Below are positions 51,096 to 63,880 of a DNA stretch of 64,000 bases, one piece after another. The notes beneath the pieces were generated by a model. It was not told the DNA's origin, ran no database searches, and saw only the letters and a list, made by a program, of their open reading frames with translations. Numbering within the stretch: the first letter of the stretch is position 1; every line of letters begins with the position of its first letter. The DNA comes from Callorhinchus milii (taxonomy: Eukaryota): contig NW_024704743.1 in the NCBI RefSeq assembly GCF_018977255.1, positions 23,562,001 to 23,626,000 on the forward strand. Reading direction: 5' to 3'. The translations under genes were made by a program, and so were the position numbers.

Positions 51096-52699
51096 TTAAC
51101 CACTAAATCGTGAAAAAGAGAGAAAATGGTCTGGTGGACAAACTTAAAATTATCATTGCCAATGGAGGCTATGTATGTTAAAAACATAAATCACTATTGT
51201 ATTTTGAAAAGAGGTTTAATTCTGCTGCACACACAGTAGATTCTAGCTTTAGAAAAAAATCTGCATGTTTCATAAGCGTCAAATATTTTGAATAGTCATC
51301 TTCAATTTAAGGTTTGTTCTCAGGTAAGAGACATGAACCAACACTAGTCAACATTAACAACAACAAGATTAGATTTGTATAGTGCCTTTCACGTCGGGAG
51401 GACGTCCCAAGGTGCTGGTCATTAAGGCTGGTTTTAAGAGAGGAAGCCACTTTTTCCAAGTTTGAAATATTGAGGACACAAACAGATTGGGCTCATTGCA
51501 GATTGAAACCACCCAGGATTTTTTTTTAATAACGAAGCAGTAAGTTAACAATATAGCTCAGAAATTGAACAAGATAGTGGCACTCTGCAGCCTTAGCATT
51601 TACGTTGACTCCCCTTCCAGCTTGGTGACTGATTGGCTCAACTTTGCAGCGAGGTCACCTCGAACATAGGCATCGTTGCCGACAACTTCGCACATCAATT
51701 TGAGCCCTCCTACTTTATTGGAAAGTGTTTTTAAGGAGCTTGCATACATCATCCTGGCCTTATCACCTGTCACCTGAGAATACTTTTCCTCCCAAACTTC
51801 CAGAAAAGTTACTGGAACATTCTTCTGCATTCTGCATTGCTTACCGTGGAGCCTTCAGATCAATCGCCTACTGAGTTGACAGACTTAATGAATGATTCAG
51901 CGTGTTCTTTTGTTGTCATGAGAAATTATCTCTGATCTTCTGCGGAGCACGATCTAGAAACTGGATCAAATGCTTTTACAGTACAGTACGGTGCTGGCTG
52001 TCATGATGACAAGTCAATTAGTTCTCTATTTAACTTGCAATAACATTTGGAAATGATATGATTCATAATGAACACAATCAAAGCCTTAAACCTGTCAGTT
52101 GGATTGCCAGATTCCATCTGATTAGTTATTGACCAATGCTCAGTGCTCAAGTACACAGTTTCTCTGTACCAGGCTCGAGCGTAGACCATTAGCAGAATCT
52201 ACATTGGTCACTTTTGCAAACTTGCCCCTAGTCTGCCATTTCAGAAATACAGAATCTAAATAATCTGGAGAACTATTTGTCGCTTGGTTAAAGTTCATTG
52301 TCTTGCCTCAAATACTTAGATAGCCTTGTGCAGTCCAGCGTGCATGTGCGGACTTTATTCTGAAATAGAATGAAGTCTGCACCTACAATTTATACGGTGA
52401 CTTGCAAATTTCACAGCCGCCTGAAAAAACAGTCACTACACTTAACAGTAACTGTGAAGCGCTTTGAGACTTCCTCCTCCCGACATGAATGGTCCTGCTT
52501 TAAATGTAAGAATTATTTAATGATTAAGTAATATTTTGAATGTTATTTGCTCAATGGTGTGTGGGTGTATATTGGATCACCTGCTTCTTAAGGCCAGTGT
52601 ATCCCTCTATCTCACCCATCCACACTTGTTTTTAAGGTAATATCTGCCTGTGCTGTTATGATATCAAGGTTTAATTTGTTATATTTACAAAGCAGGACT

Positions 52700-53230
52700 G
52701 TTGCAGAAATGACAGCCTCCACGACTACCTCTCCCCTCAGGCCACCGAGAAGCTTATCCACACTTTCATCACATCCAGGTTTGACTATGCCAACTCTCTG
52801 CTCACCAGACTTCCCAATTATTCCCTGCACAAGCTACAGATTATTCAGAATTCTGCAATTCATGTCCTTGCCCTCACTAAGCTCTGTTAGCTGATCACTC
52901 CCATCCTCGATGGTTTCACTGGCTCCCCATCCCTCAGAGGATTGAGTTCAAGATCCTCATGCTCACTTTGAAAGCCCTCCACGGCCTTCACCCACCCACC
53001 TCTATTCCCTGTGCTCAGCAGCACTTGCCTGATTCAGTCCCCCCGCCCTACCTGCCTATTCATCAGGAGTCAGGCCTTCAGTCTTTCTGCCTCCACCCTT
53101 TGGAATTCCATCCCAGAGTCCCTTTGCTTCACCCCTTCCCTTGTCCCCTTCAAGGTTTATCTCAAGTCCTTTCTCTTTGACCGCGCCTTCGGTCATCTTC
53201 TGACCCCCTTCACCCATGCTCCCCACGCTT
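52700..53230 (+). mobile_element. L2 3' fragment
   Basis: tccaggtttgactatgccaac; SQAFSLSASTLWNSIPESLCFTPSLVPFKVYLKSFLFDRAF. Confidence 0.9.
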
Positions 53231-54884
53231 CTTGAATTGCTTTTAGCCTTTCTGTTTCTCCACAAAGATGAATGTATCTGAAGTCAGCAAACTCGAGTCT
53301 TATTCTCCTGAGGTAATCTCTTCTGTTCTTTCCCTCTGCACTGGTGAGCTATCATCCCTTGAGGCAGAAGACGGAATTATGGGGTGGCCACAATGTAGGT
53401 TGGACTCGACGCAAGAGTCTTGCAGTTCTTCGATCTTTCCCTTTCATATTTTCACTTTGGGAAAGAGAATGCGATCAAATTTTTCATGTTCAAGGTGCAA
53501 TACATTAGCTGTATGCAGAAAGCTGTTGAAATGCATGAATAATAAGGCTACTGAAAAGATGTCTACATCTAGTTATCTTTGAGGATTTTTAATGGCTCAC
53601 TTTTTTTTCCACTTGTGTGAAAATAATTGGTGCAGCAAAGTTATATTGGACTGGATACCTCTGTGGACTGAATTTAAAGCTCTTTATTGCAATAAAAGTC
53701 TCCTCTGTTGAGTGCTGTCTTCTCCTATTCCCTAATCTCCTCAGAACATGCACCAAATCCATGTGGCAGGATGGACAGATATCCTACTGACAGTCTTCTG
53801 TGTGGGAGTGTCTGAGATTGACTCTCTTCTGATGTTTCCTCGCTACTTTGTGTTGAAGAACCTCCTTTGGCAAAGGATCATTGATGTGGCACAGGAATGT
53901 AGAGCAGCACATGGCATTGCATGTACATTGTATTAACATTGCATCCCACATTGCAAAGTTAATTTCTATCACATCTTCAGGCTATTTTTCTCCTAAGGAC
54001 AATGACTCATTCTGGAAATCGAAATGTGTTGCACTGGTGCAGGAGGGGGTGTATTCTTTCAAGGTTAGAGTGGAGGGAATTATACTGTGCTAGCTAACTG
54101 TAGGTGACCTACAAGTATTGAGTGTCTGATGTAGGAAGCAGTTCATTTCCCTGTACAAGGTTGTCTCACCTCAGTAAACACACAATTCAATCTCCAGAAG
54201 AGCCCCAAATCTCCATGTAAAAAAATACAGATGTGCTCAGCACTTTTGCATTGTAAGACAATGATTTCTTTATATGTTCCCTTGATGAGGTGGTCAGGAT
54301 TCACTGTTTAGGGAAAAAGAATAATAACATTGAGAAGGAATAGCTGGGGAGAGAGGAGGATTTTGAAGTTGCAGTAATAATTAATGTTTAGCTGGAAATG
54401 GTTGTGATGCCTTTTATGGTCACACAGCCTGCCACACAGACTCACACATGAGACTGGCCACTGGAGGGAGGAACCAGATGGCAATCAGTGCCTGTGGAGC
54501 TGTATCCACTGCATGAGTTAATAACTTCAGCATAGGAGGAAGGGTGGAAGCTGCTAAGATACCTTTGTTATCACACAAAACTCTAAAGAAAATAGATTTA
54601 CTTTATTTATGCATTTGAGAAAATGCAGAATTTGGCAAATGGTTCAGTTCAGCTTTTACTTTGAAATCTTTTATTTTCTGTAGTTCTTAAAAGAACAAAG
54701 AGAAAACCAGCATTCAAATTAAGGCTGTATTTAAGAATTTGTCAAATTCTGGATTGTCCGAAATATTACGTTAATACAATATATCCAGACCCAGGTGGAA
54801 TTGCTCCCAATTTGTATATATGTTTAAAGAGTTTTTTTTCTAGTTATAGCAAAATAATTAAAGTGCTCTATTAGTAAAATATTT

Positions 54885-55085
54885 ACAACAACAACAACAA
54901 CTTGGATTTATATAGCATCCTCCACACTGGACGGCGTCTCAGAGCGCTTTAGACTGAGTGTAGCATTTTTGTAAGTGAACCCAGCAATCAATTTGCACAA
55001 GAATGTCCCACAATCAGCCAAGGAAATGAATGATCAATTTTATTTGGGGAATTGTTGGTTAGGTCACTGAGATAACCTCCCTTTT
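54885..55085 (-). mobile_element. L2-type short tail fused to a degraded DeuSINE fragment
   Basis: (aca)n-cttggatttatatagcatcctccacactggacggcgtctcagagcgcttt, then aatttgcacaagaatgtcccacaatcagcc. Confidence 0.75.
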
Positions 55086-56777
55086 TGACGTATTGACTGC
55101 TGCTAATATAATGTTCGTAAAAAAAAGCATATCAGCATGATAATACAATAAGTAGTGGGTTTAATTTAAATTGCGAAACAATAGATTAAAACAAGGTTTC
55201 CAGTCCGGCAGAGATCTGCTTTGTTTTTCTTCACATTTGCGCTGTGTAAATGAAAGGGTTTTTAGCCTGTGGAACAATGCATTTGATTGACCTCTGCACT
55301 ACTGTCAGATTACTTTGCTGGAATGAACATTTATATTACAGAAGCACTTCAACCCGAAACAGTCTTGTCATGGTCTAGGCTGCTGACACTACAGAATTTG
55401 CCCTGTTTCCACTGTGAGCAGCTTCCACAGCAGTGGCTCAGTCACACCACCAATGAGTATTTCAACTTAAATGTTTTTAAAAATTGCAACTTGGGCGCTT
55501 GTTGCTCAATAGCTAAACCTCTGGGATAAGTCGGTTCAGGCCAGAATTTGGAAACTGCATCCCTGATTTGGTGGTCAGCAGTTTACCGACCAATTGGCAA
55601 ATGGGTGATAAAGGCCGAGTATCTATATTGGGGTATAATATATAAGATTTGAAACAGGAGTCACTAATAACAAATCGGGAAATCCGCAGTAGATCGTATC
55701 ATGCTGGTCTACATGATGTACTTCAAGATGCTGGCAGGAGTCTTGATTTGTGACTCCTGTCACAGATTGCTGTGTATCAAACCACATTTTCTCCAATAGA
55801 CAAACTGCCTTCTGAGAAGCTAATGAATATCCTCTCCTTAGTCAACACTTCTGGGACACTACTGCTACATTGTCTACATGGCCCTGCTAGTGACTTGGGA
55901 GAAAGAGAGCAGTGCTCTAGGATAATCTTCACAACAGAAGCCACAGTTCAAGTGGACCTGCAGAGTAGCCAAACACAAAACCTCTGGTTCAGAACATTAA
56001 TTAAATCTTCAGAAAAATCAATCTGGTGGGTAAAAGAAGGTTTTGCAAGACAGCTCAGAAAAACTCTGAGCATTTGGCTTCAATTGCCCATCGCCCAGTG
56101 AGTGCAAGTGGTTTCATCATTACTGGTTGTCTGTTACAAGTCAGAGCTTGTGCTGCTGCCTAAGTACACACATCGACAGGGCACTAATTAAAGAGTTTGT
56201 TTGTCAAGAGCACCTTTCTGCATCTGCTACAATAAGCAAGAGCAGGTCATTATATCCACCTCATTTGTTACAACAATATTGCCCCCAAAAGTGCAGTTCT
56301 AATGAGTTTCTTTTCAATAACATTTTGGTTAACGTCAGTGGAGGGGATTCCTCATTAAGGAAAGGCTGACATGGTGCTGGAGAACAGATTGCTCTGTCTT
56401 GTTGAGTATTGTGATGCCGTGAGTCCCCTACAAATTTGAGATGAGCATGTCTCAAGCCATGATCATTCTGAATTGATTTAAAAACTTCAGGAAGGGTGGA
56501 TTGAAGAGAAGGCCATTTGCCACACCCAAGCCCATATTTACCAGTCACACACAGAACATACTCTACCATGTACCTCACCCCACTCACTCTATCTCCCAAC
56601 AGGAGTATTTTATAGCGTAATGCACCAGTCTGTGATAACTTCATGGCAGGTTCATAACAGATTGAGTGACCTAATGGGCTCATTTGGATCCACCACACTT
56701 TATGAGGCCGGAGTGCTCACTGACCTCATGAAGCTGATGCATCCGAGCCCCAGAAAGTATTTGTATTGGAATACAAA

Positions 56778-56902
56778 ATAGTAATAATAATAGTAATATT
56801 AATCCTTGCATTTGATATAGCACCTTATCACATAATTGAGATGTCTCAAAGCCTTTCACAGAATATATTGCAAAGTGGATTGACTGTGTATTTTGTGGAC
56901 AA
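56778..56902 (-). mobile_element. SINE tail fragment
   Basis: aatccttgcatttgatatagcacc...gtggattgactgtgtattttgtgg. Confidence 0.82.
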
Positions 56903-57175
56903 AATGAAATTAAATAAAGTGAAAATTAAACTCAAAATCCTGCTGAAATGGCCTTAATGGGCGTTTAAAACGCAATGATTTTAAAATGGACTCCTCCCAG
57001 TAACTGGAAATGCATCATTGACTGGGAGGAAACCACACTCTTAGACAGTCGATTGCATTCGTGGGGAGTTTCCACATGACATACTTCCAGATTCCGCAAT
57101 TAAGGAATTCTGTTTGAAATGGCTTCAGTTTAGGCAGCACTCTATTGGGTTTGAGACTGCTCCCATGTTAAAAAT

Positions 57176-57745
57176 GGAGTCCTGTAGCACAGTGATTAGA
57201 GCATGCGCCTCGCAAGCGAGAGACCTGGGTTCAATTCCCGGCCAGGGCAAAACATTTGACAAGTTTCCTTACTCCACACGCCTCTATTTACTGTTTGTGG
57301 GACACTGCTGTGTACAATTGGCGCCACGTTTCGACCACAAAATATAGTCAATTCACTTTACAGTATATTGTGTGAAGCGCTTTGAGACATCTCGAAGATG
57401 TGATAAGGCGCTATATCGAATGCAAGGATTATTATTATTATGAAAACATAGAAAAGCACAGTCTAGGTTGACATCCACTGCAGTGGTGTGGGAGTGTTAC
57501 ATTGTTGGAGGTGCTGTCCTTCAGATGAGATATTTGTAGAGTGAGTTTCTCCCATTGTCCTGGTCAACCATCCCCTGAATAAAATTGGTCATTCGCTTTG
57601 TGGCTATTATGTGCAAATTGGTTGCTGTGCTTGCCTACAGAATACAGTCACTACACTTTACAGCATATCTTGTGAAGCACTTAGAGATGTCCTCCTAACA
57701 TGCTAAATCAAATGCAGGAATGACGATGATGATTAATAATAATAA
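57176..57745 (+). mobile_element. Composite SINE (tRNA-SINE plus headless DeuSINE part), copy 2
   Basis: tRNA head at 57176, first tail ends at 57440, then tgaaaacatagaaaagcacagtctaggttgacatcc..., second tail at ~57705-57745. Confidence 0.87.
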
Positions 57746-58209
57746 CACTCCACTTTTCCTCATAGTCGGGGAGGAGCCAGTCACCCTGCGATCTTTAACC
57801 ATACCATCTGGTAACTGACAGAATAAAGGCATAGACATTGCCAACAAGTAACTCATCTCCCTGTCTTCCGTGTAAAGAAGCATTCTGTATGTGAGCAGAA
57901 GGAAAGAGAACAATAAATCAAGAGGTGGAGATAGTAGAAGAAGAATTACAGCCATCCTAAAAACATTACTGGTCAGTAGTGAAACATTACTGAAATAATG
58001 GGCCCCAGGACAGCAGTTACTGGTGGAAATCTCATCACTGATACTAATGGCTGTAAATCTAACACTCGCTTTTTCCCTGAAACAAGTTACACTGGTTACA
58101 TGGAACGATGAGTATCTGTACCTATAACCAAATAGCAGGGCAGTGAAGGCAAAGGAATGAATCATTGCTGGCTGTTTACCAGTACTGAGAGATCTATTTC
58201 ATCAATTCA

Positions 58210-59680
58210 TGGGAGGGTGGACTTCTGTCTTGAATGGTTCAGCTCTTATCTCTCACACTGTCTCCAATTTGTTTCCGCCAACGGTTTCTCTTCCAGCCCC
58301 TGTACAGTCTTGTGTGATGTTGCTCAGGGCTCTGTCCGTGGTCCCCTCCTCTTCAACCTCTACTTGCACCCCCTTGCTGACATCATCCACAGACTTAGGG
58401 TCAACTTCCACCCAACTCTATCTCTCTGCCTCCATCCTCAATTCCAGACTGCCTATCAGACATCAAGTCCTGGATGAGTGACAACTTTCTACAGCTGAAT
58501 GTCAGCACGACCGAGGCCCTTCTGATTGGCTCACGGTATCGCCTTTGCACCTCAGGCACTGGCACCAACAACATCCACAGTCGCACACTCCACCTCACCA
58601 AGCCAGTCAGGAACCTGGGCATCTTGTTCGACCCTCAACTGTCCTTTCTCCCCCATATCCATGCCATGACCCACTCTGCCTTCCTCCACCTCCGCAGCAT
58701 TGACCGACTCTGCCACTGCCACACCTCCTCAGGCTGCTGAAATCCTCATACACACATTCGTCACCTCAAAGCTCGTCTACGAAAATTCCCTCCTTGTCGA
58801 CCTCCCCAACTCTTCCCTCCACAAGCTGCAGATCATCGAGAACTCTGCAGCTCGTGTTCCCTCCCACACCAGGCTCTGTGATCCTATCACCCCCACCCTC
58901 GCCCGGCTCCCCTGACTCCCCATCTCTCAGAGGATAGAATTCAAAATCCTTGTCCTCACTTTCAAGGTCCTCCACGGCTTTGCCCTCTCCTACACCTCTG
59001 ACCTGCTGACCCCCTATTAGCCTGTCCGCTGCCTCCGCTCAGCAGGCTCCGGCCTGCTCCAGGTCTTCTGCCTGATCCACCCTACCATTGACGGGCAGGT
59101 TTTCAGCCTCTTTGCCCTCACCATCTGGAACTCCATTCCACAATCCCTTCACCTCGCTCCCTCTCTTGCCTCCTTCAAGTCACGACTCAAGACCCTCCTT
59201 ACTGACCATGCCTTCAGCCGCCCTCCTACCCATCTGCCCTCCCTCACCCAACCCTGCCCCCCCCACGCTCAGGTCCTGATCCTGTAGCTCAGTGGTTAGA
59301 GCATTTGCCTTGCAAGCAAGAGACCTGGGTTCAATTCCAGGCAGGTCAGGGCGAAACCTTTGGCAAGTTTCCTTACTCCACACGCCTAATAATAATCCCT
59401 CCAAAAAAAACAATAATAAATTGGTCATTTTCAATCCACGACTGTTTGTGGGACACTGCTGTGCGCAATTGGCTGCTGCGTTTCGCCCACAAATGTACGG
59501 TCAATTCACTTTACAGCATATTCTGTGAAGCGCTTTGAGACGTCGAGAAGATGTGAAAAGCGCTATATCCAAATGCAAGGATTATTATTATTATTACTAT
59601 TATATAGCTATTCAGTGCCTTGGCATGTCCTCCCGACATGAAAGGCGTTTTACAAATGTAATTTTGTTGTTGTTGTTGTT
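58210..59680 (+). mobile_element. L2 LINE, 5'-truncated, with a SINE inserted in its 3' UTR
   Basis: LEWFSSYLSH...DVAQGSVRGPLLFNLY, NFLQLNVSTTEALLIG, VRNLGILFD; the L2 tail resumes at ~59604-59680. Confidence 0.95.
59280..59603 (+). mobile_element. Young SINE, near full length (tail variant B)
   Basis: tcctgtagctcagtggttagagc...aaatgcaaggattattatt. Confidence 0.93.
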
Positions 59681-59908
59681 TCTAACATTCACCAAGGACA
59701 AGCAGTGCAAGTCATTGAACTGGTAGATGACAGGTATGGATTGTCTTAAAGTAGCTGGGCTACTGTTTCCAGCATTGTTTCATTTCTTGAGTTATTTTAT
59801 TCCTCATAATCCCTCGGAATGTGTGAATATTATTATAGTTATATATTTCCAAACACTCTGTTCTGAAGTACTATCTGCCTTGTCTAAATGGACATGTATT
59901 TGTTTGAA

Positions 59909-60594
59909 ACAACACCAACAAGATTCCATTTATAGAGCGCCTTTCACATTGGGAGGACGTCCCAAGACGCTGCACAGTTGGGTCAGGATCCGAGCAGGGG
60001 GGAAATGGTCAGGGTGAGGGGAGGGAAGGGAGGGAGCAAGGAGGGGTAGAGAGTCGAGAGGGGAGCTGAAGGCACGGTCAAAGAGAAAGGTCTTGAGACC
60101 GGCCTTGAAGGAGGAAAGGGAGGAGGCGGCGAAGGCACTGGGGGATAGAGTTCCAGAGCCTCGGGGCTGAGAGGCTGAAGGCCCGGCCACCAATGGTAGG
60201 GCGGTTGGGGCGGGGGATGTGGAGCAGATCGGAGCCAGAGGAACGGAGGGTACGGGCAGGTAGATAGGGGGATAGTAGGTCGGAGAGGTAGGAGGGAGCG
60301 AGGCCGTGAATGGCCTTGTAGGTGAGGATGAGGATCTTGAATTCGATCCTCTGGGGGATGGGGAGCCAGTGGAGACGAGCGAGGCTGGGAGTGATGTGGT
60401 CGCGAAGCCTGGTGCGGGACAGTACACGAGCTGCAGAGTTCTGAATGACCTGCAGCTTGTGGAGGGAGGTGGCGGGAAGGCCGGCGAGGAGAGAGTTCCC
60501 ATAGTCCAGCCTTGAGGTGATAAAGGCGTGGACCAGAGTTTCAGCAGTGTGAGGGGTGAGGTAGTGCCGTAGTCTGGGGACCTTGAGGCGGAGA
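59909..60594 (-). mobile_element. Young, CpG-rich L2 3' fragment
   Basis: Tail caacaccaacaagattccatttatagagcgcctttcac; SLSSFKAGLKTFLFDRAF. Confidence 0.95.
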
Positions 60595-61547
60595 CCTAGA
60601 GTCTGGGGACCTAGAGGCGGAGAAGTGCGTGTGTCCTACAGGGACCCACATGTGTTCTGTTTGGTTTGGGCTTAGATCATTCTAGGTTTGTGTCCCCTCC
60701 TCTAATCCTTTGAATCAATCAGCGTTCAATTATTTATTAACATGAGTCGAGCAAACTCAAAAACTCTGAATTATAGATCATAAACCTATGAGTTTTGACG
60801 TGCAGCTTAGAAATTCCTCATGCACATTCACAAATTTTAATCTGGACGGTAAGGCATTTGGAAATAATTAATGTATAAGTGGCTTTAAAGTGTGGGAAAT
60901 TGTTACTGAAGCAAGTTATCATCTATTGAATGATTTAGATTATGTGTTTGAATAAATATATACATTATTTTAGCTTTGCTAATGTAAAGTGGCATTTGTC
61001 TTTTAATTAGCATCTTATTGAAAAGAGATTCTGGATGTGAATAGAACTCTTATTAAAGCAACATCCAAGTCATAATTTACTCACAAGAATGGGAATGATA
61101 AAGTATTTTTATCTGCAGCCACTCCTGCAATGGTTGAACTGCAGTCTCCCTGGTCTTCCGGTAGAGGGCGTCTTTGAAGATGAATATGTCCATGTGCCAT
61201 CTTTAGAATATGCATTATTCTACCTGCACCTCTTTTTTCAATGTGTTGAGATTGCTGGCTGCAAAATGCCACTGACCAAAATCCTGAGCATGTCTCAAAT
61301 AGCACTGGAACTCCCTCTCTCTACCCCTCTGCCTCATCCTCTCTCTAGCTATCTTTAAATACCACTTTCAACCCTACCTCGTTGACTGTGTCCATGGACC
61401 CTCTTTCCCTTCTCTTTTGCTTGCCATCTGACCCTGTCACTGTGAAGTATTCCAAGATGCTGTCCTACATGAAGGGCACAAGTTATTGTACTTTTCTCCT
61501 ACATTTTTTTAATCAATGTGAGATTCCCTCTTTTGAATGCACTTTCT

Positions 61548-61854
61548 ATATAATAATAAAATAATCCTTGCATTTGATATAGCGCTTTTCTTGGCTTCTA
61601 GACATCTCAAAGCGCTTCACAGAATAGACTGTAAAGTGAATTGACTGTATATTTGTGGGTAAAACGCAGCAGCCAGTGTCCCACAAACGGTGTGAATTGA
61701 AAATGACCAATTTATTATTGTTTTTGTTTTTTGGAGGTATTATTATTAGGCGTGTGGAGTAAGGAAACTTGTCCAAGGTTTCGCCCTGCCTGGAATTGAA
61801 CCCATGTATCTCGCTTGCAAGGCGAGTGCTCTAACCGCTGAGCTACAGGACTCC
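61548..61854 (-). mobile_element. Young SINE, near full length (tail variant B)
   Basis: (aat)n tail through ...gagctacaggactcc. Confidence 0.93.
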
Positions 61855-62039
61855 ACAAACTTTCTCCACTCAGTTTCGCTCTCCCTCACACACTGCACAC
61901 CTAGGAAAGTAGCCCAACTTGCTTTAAGCCAATACCCCATCAAACGACAACAATAGGAACTCTTTGTGACACCAAAATCGTTGGCTTCAGGCCCAACCTC
62001 TGTGCCGAAGTCCAGGGGCAGGGGAGCAGCATTGACACC

Positions 62040-62350
62040 AACCTTTAGTAACAGGTTGGATACTGTGATGTTTCTTAGTGGATTTGATGTGATAGCATTG
62101 AATTTGTTAAGAAGCATTGGAATTTTCATAATTAACCTCTGGGTAAATAAATACTTCACGGTGTCAGTCCTGAAATTTCTGAGCATTCAAAAGTATTGTT
62201 CTGAGTTAATGTTCTGAATCCCATCCCATTAAAATTATTATAAACTTCTATAAATTCCCTTCTCAAACATCTCCTTTCAGGTATGAAGAGCCTTAGGTTG
62301 CCTAATCTATGATCATTTTAATTTAGGTTCCTCACCCTGAGCAATAACTC
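62040..62350 (-). mobile_element. Degraded CR1 fragment
   Basis: RNFRTDTVKYLFTQRLI. Confidence 0.7.
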
Positions 62351-62854
62351 ATTCCTATCGGTTTGTTCAATGATATCATCAGCACATACCATTGAATGGA
62401 AAGCTTAAAAATCTAATGATGAAAAGGATCAGAAAATATTCTTTGCATTTTGGGGTGGGGGGGCAAATGAGTAATGATGATGAAACCCACACTGTGAAGT
62501 CAAAAAGAAAACGTAACTAAAGAAGCTGTTAGTGTCAGCAATTCCAGGCAGAGAATTATTTTACCTTTTTCCATGCTTTGATGATGGATTAATACCACCC
62601 ATAAAGCAAAAACACCTGCATACCTTCTCAGGCATTGTACAGCTGATGACATACAAAGATGAAAGCTCCTGCAGACCTGGAGATGATTGTTTCTGTTTGA
62701 TATTTCTTTCTGCATTACTAATTTTCTCCCTTCAGCTGCTTTCCCTGAAGGATTTTGGCTTGTTTTTCTTTTTACTGGATCAAGATTCCATGGATGTTGG
62801 TTCCTGTCTGGTATCTTGCCCAAGTCACCTTTATTTATGCGTGGATTAGAGATA

Positions 62855-63199
62855 TTTAAGAGGGAACCCAACAGAGATGTTTAAATTATAAAAGAGTTAT
62901 GAATGTAAGCTTAGCATAAATAGGCTGTTGTTGGGGAGTCTGTAACCAGAGCATGCAAGTATAAGATAGTGACTAGAGGATCTAGTAGAGGATCTAGGAG
63001 GAACTACTTCACACAGAGGATAGTGAGATTGTGGATCTCGTTACCTGAAATGGTGGTTGAAGCACATAGTACAGATGCATTTAAGAGAAAGCCAGACCTT
63101 CACATGAGGGAGAAGGATATAGAAGAGTTCGGGAGGGAGTAAGGAATGGGCGGAGATTCACGTGGAGTATAATCACCATCATGGACGGTTGGGCCGAAT
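62855..63199 (+). mobile_element. CR1 3' end fragment
   Basis: ggggagtctgtaaccagag...tacttcacacagaggatagtgagattgtgg...ttgggccgaa. Confidence 0.85.
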
Positions 63200-63880
63200 C
63201 TTTAAAATGTAGTGCACAGATACAGAAGGTTACCAAAAAGGCTAATGCAATGTTGGCATTTATCACAAAGGGGCTAGAATACAAGAGTTAATAAGTGATG
63301 TTACAGGTGTATAAAACACTGGTTAGACCTCATTTGGAGTAATGTGTGCAGTTTGGGGCACTAAATCATAGGAAGGATATTTTGGCTGTAGAGAGTGTGC
63401 AGCATTGATTTACTACAATGATTCCTACAGTCAAGGTCCTAAATTATGATCAAAGAATGGAAACACTTGTATTCTCTTGACTTCAGAAGGTGAGGGGTGA
63501 TCTGTTTGAGGTACATTATATTATGAAGTGATTTGACAGGGTGAATAGTGAGCAGCTGTTTTCCCTGGCTAGAGAATTGAGGACGGAAGGCCGACATTTT
63601 AAACTTGAAGCTAAACAGCGTAGAAGTGAAATAAGGAATTATTTTTTTCACGCAGCGGGTGGCAGGAGAGTGGAATTTGCTGCCAAAAAGGGCAGTGGGG
63701 GCAGAGTCAGTGGAAGTATTTAAAAGGCAAGTAGATATATGTTTGATAGACAGTGGGATTAACGGATATGGAGAGAGGGTGGGGAGATGGCGTTGGGTTG
63801 CAAATCAGCCACCCTCTTCAAACATGGTGGGACACCTGGCTTCATGGCCTGAATGGCCTACGTTACTATGTTCCTGTATT
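63200..63880 (+). mobile_element. Second CR1 3' fragment, directly downstream of the first
   Basis: KKANAMLAFITKGLEYK, YKTLVRPHLE, EQLFSLARELRTEGRHFKL...RNYFF; tail ggcctgaatggcct...atgttcct. Confidence 0.9.

Noticed and set aside
51600..51830. Antisense 76-aa ORF as a nested gene exon
   Set aside because: No recognisable homology, an in-frame stop shortly upstream, and weak splice signals.
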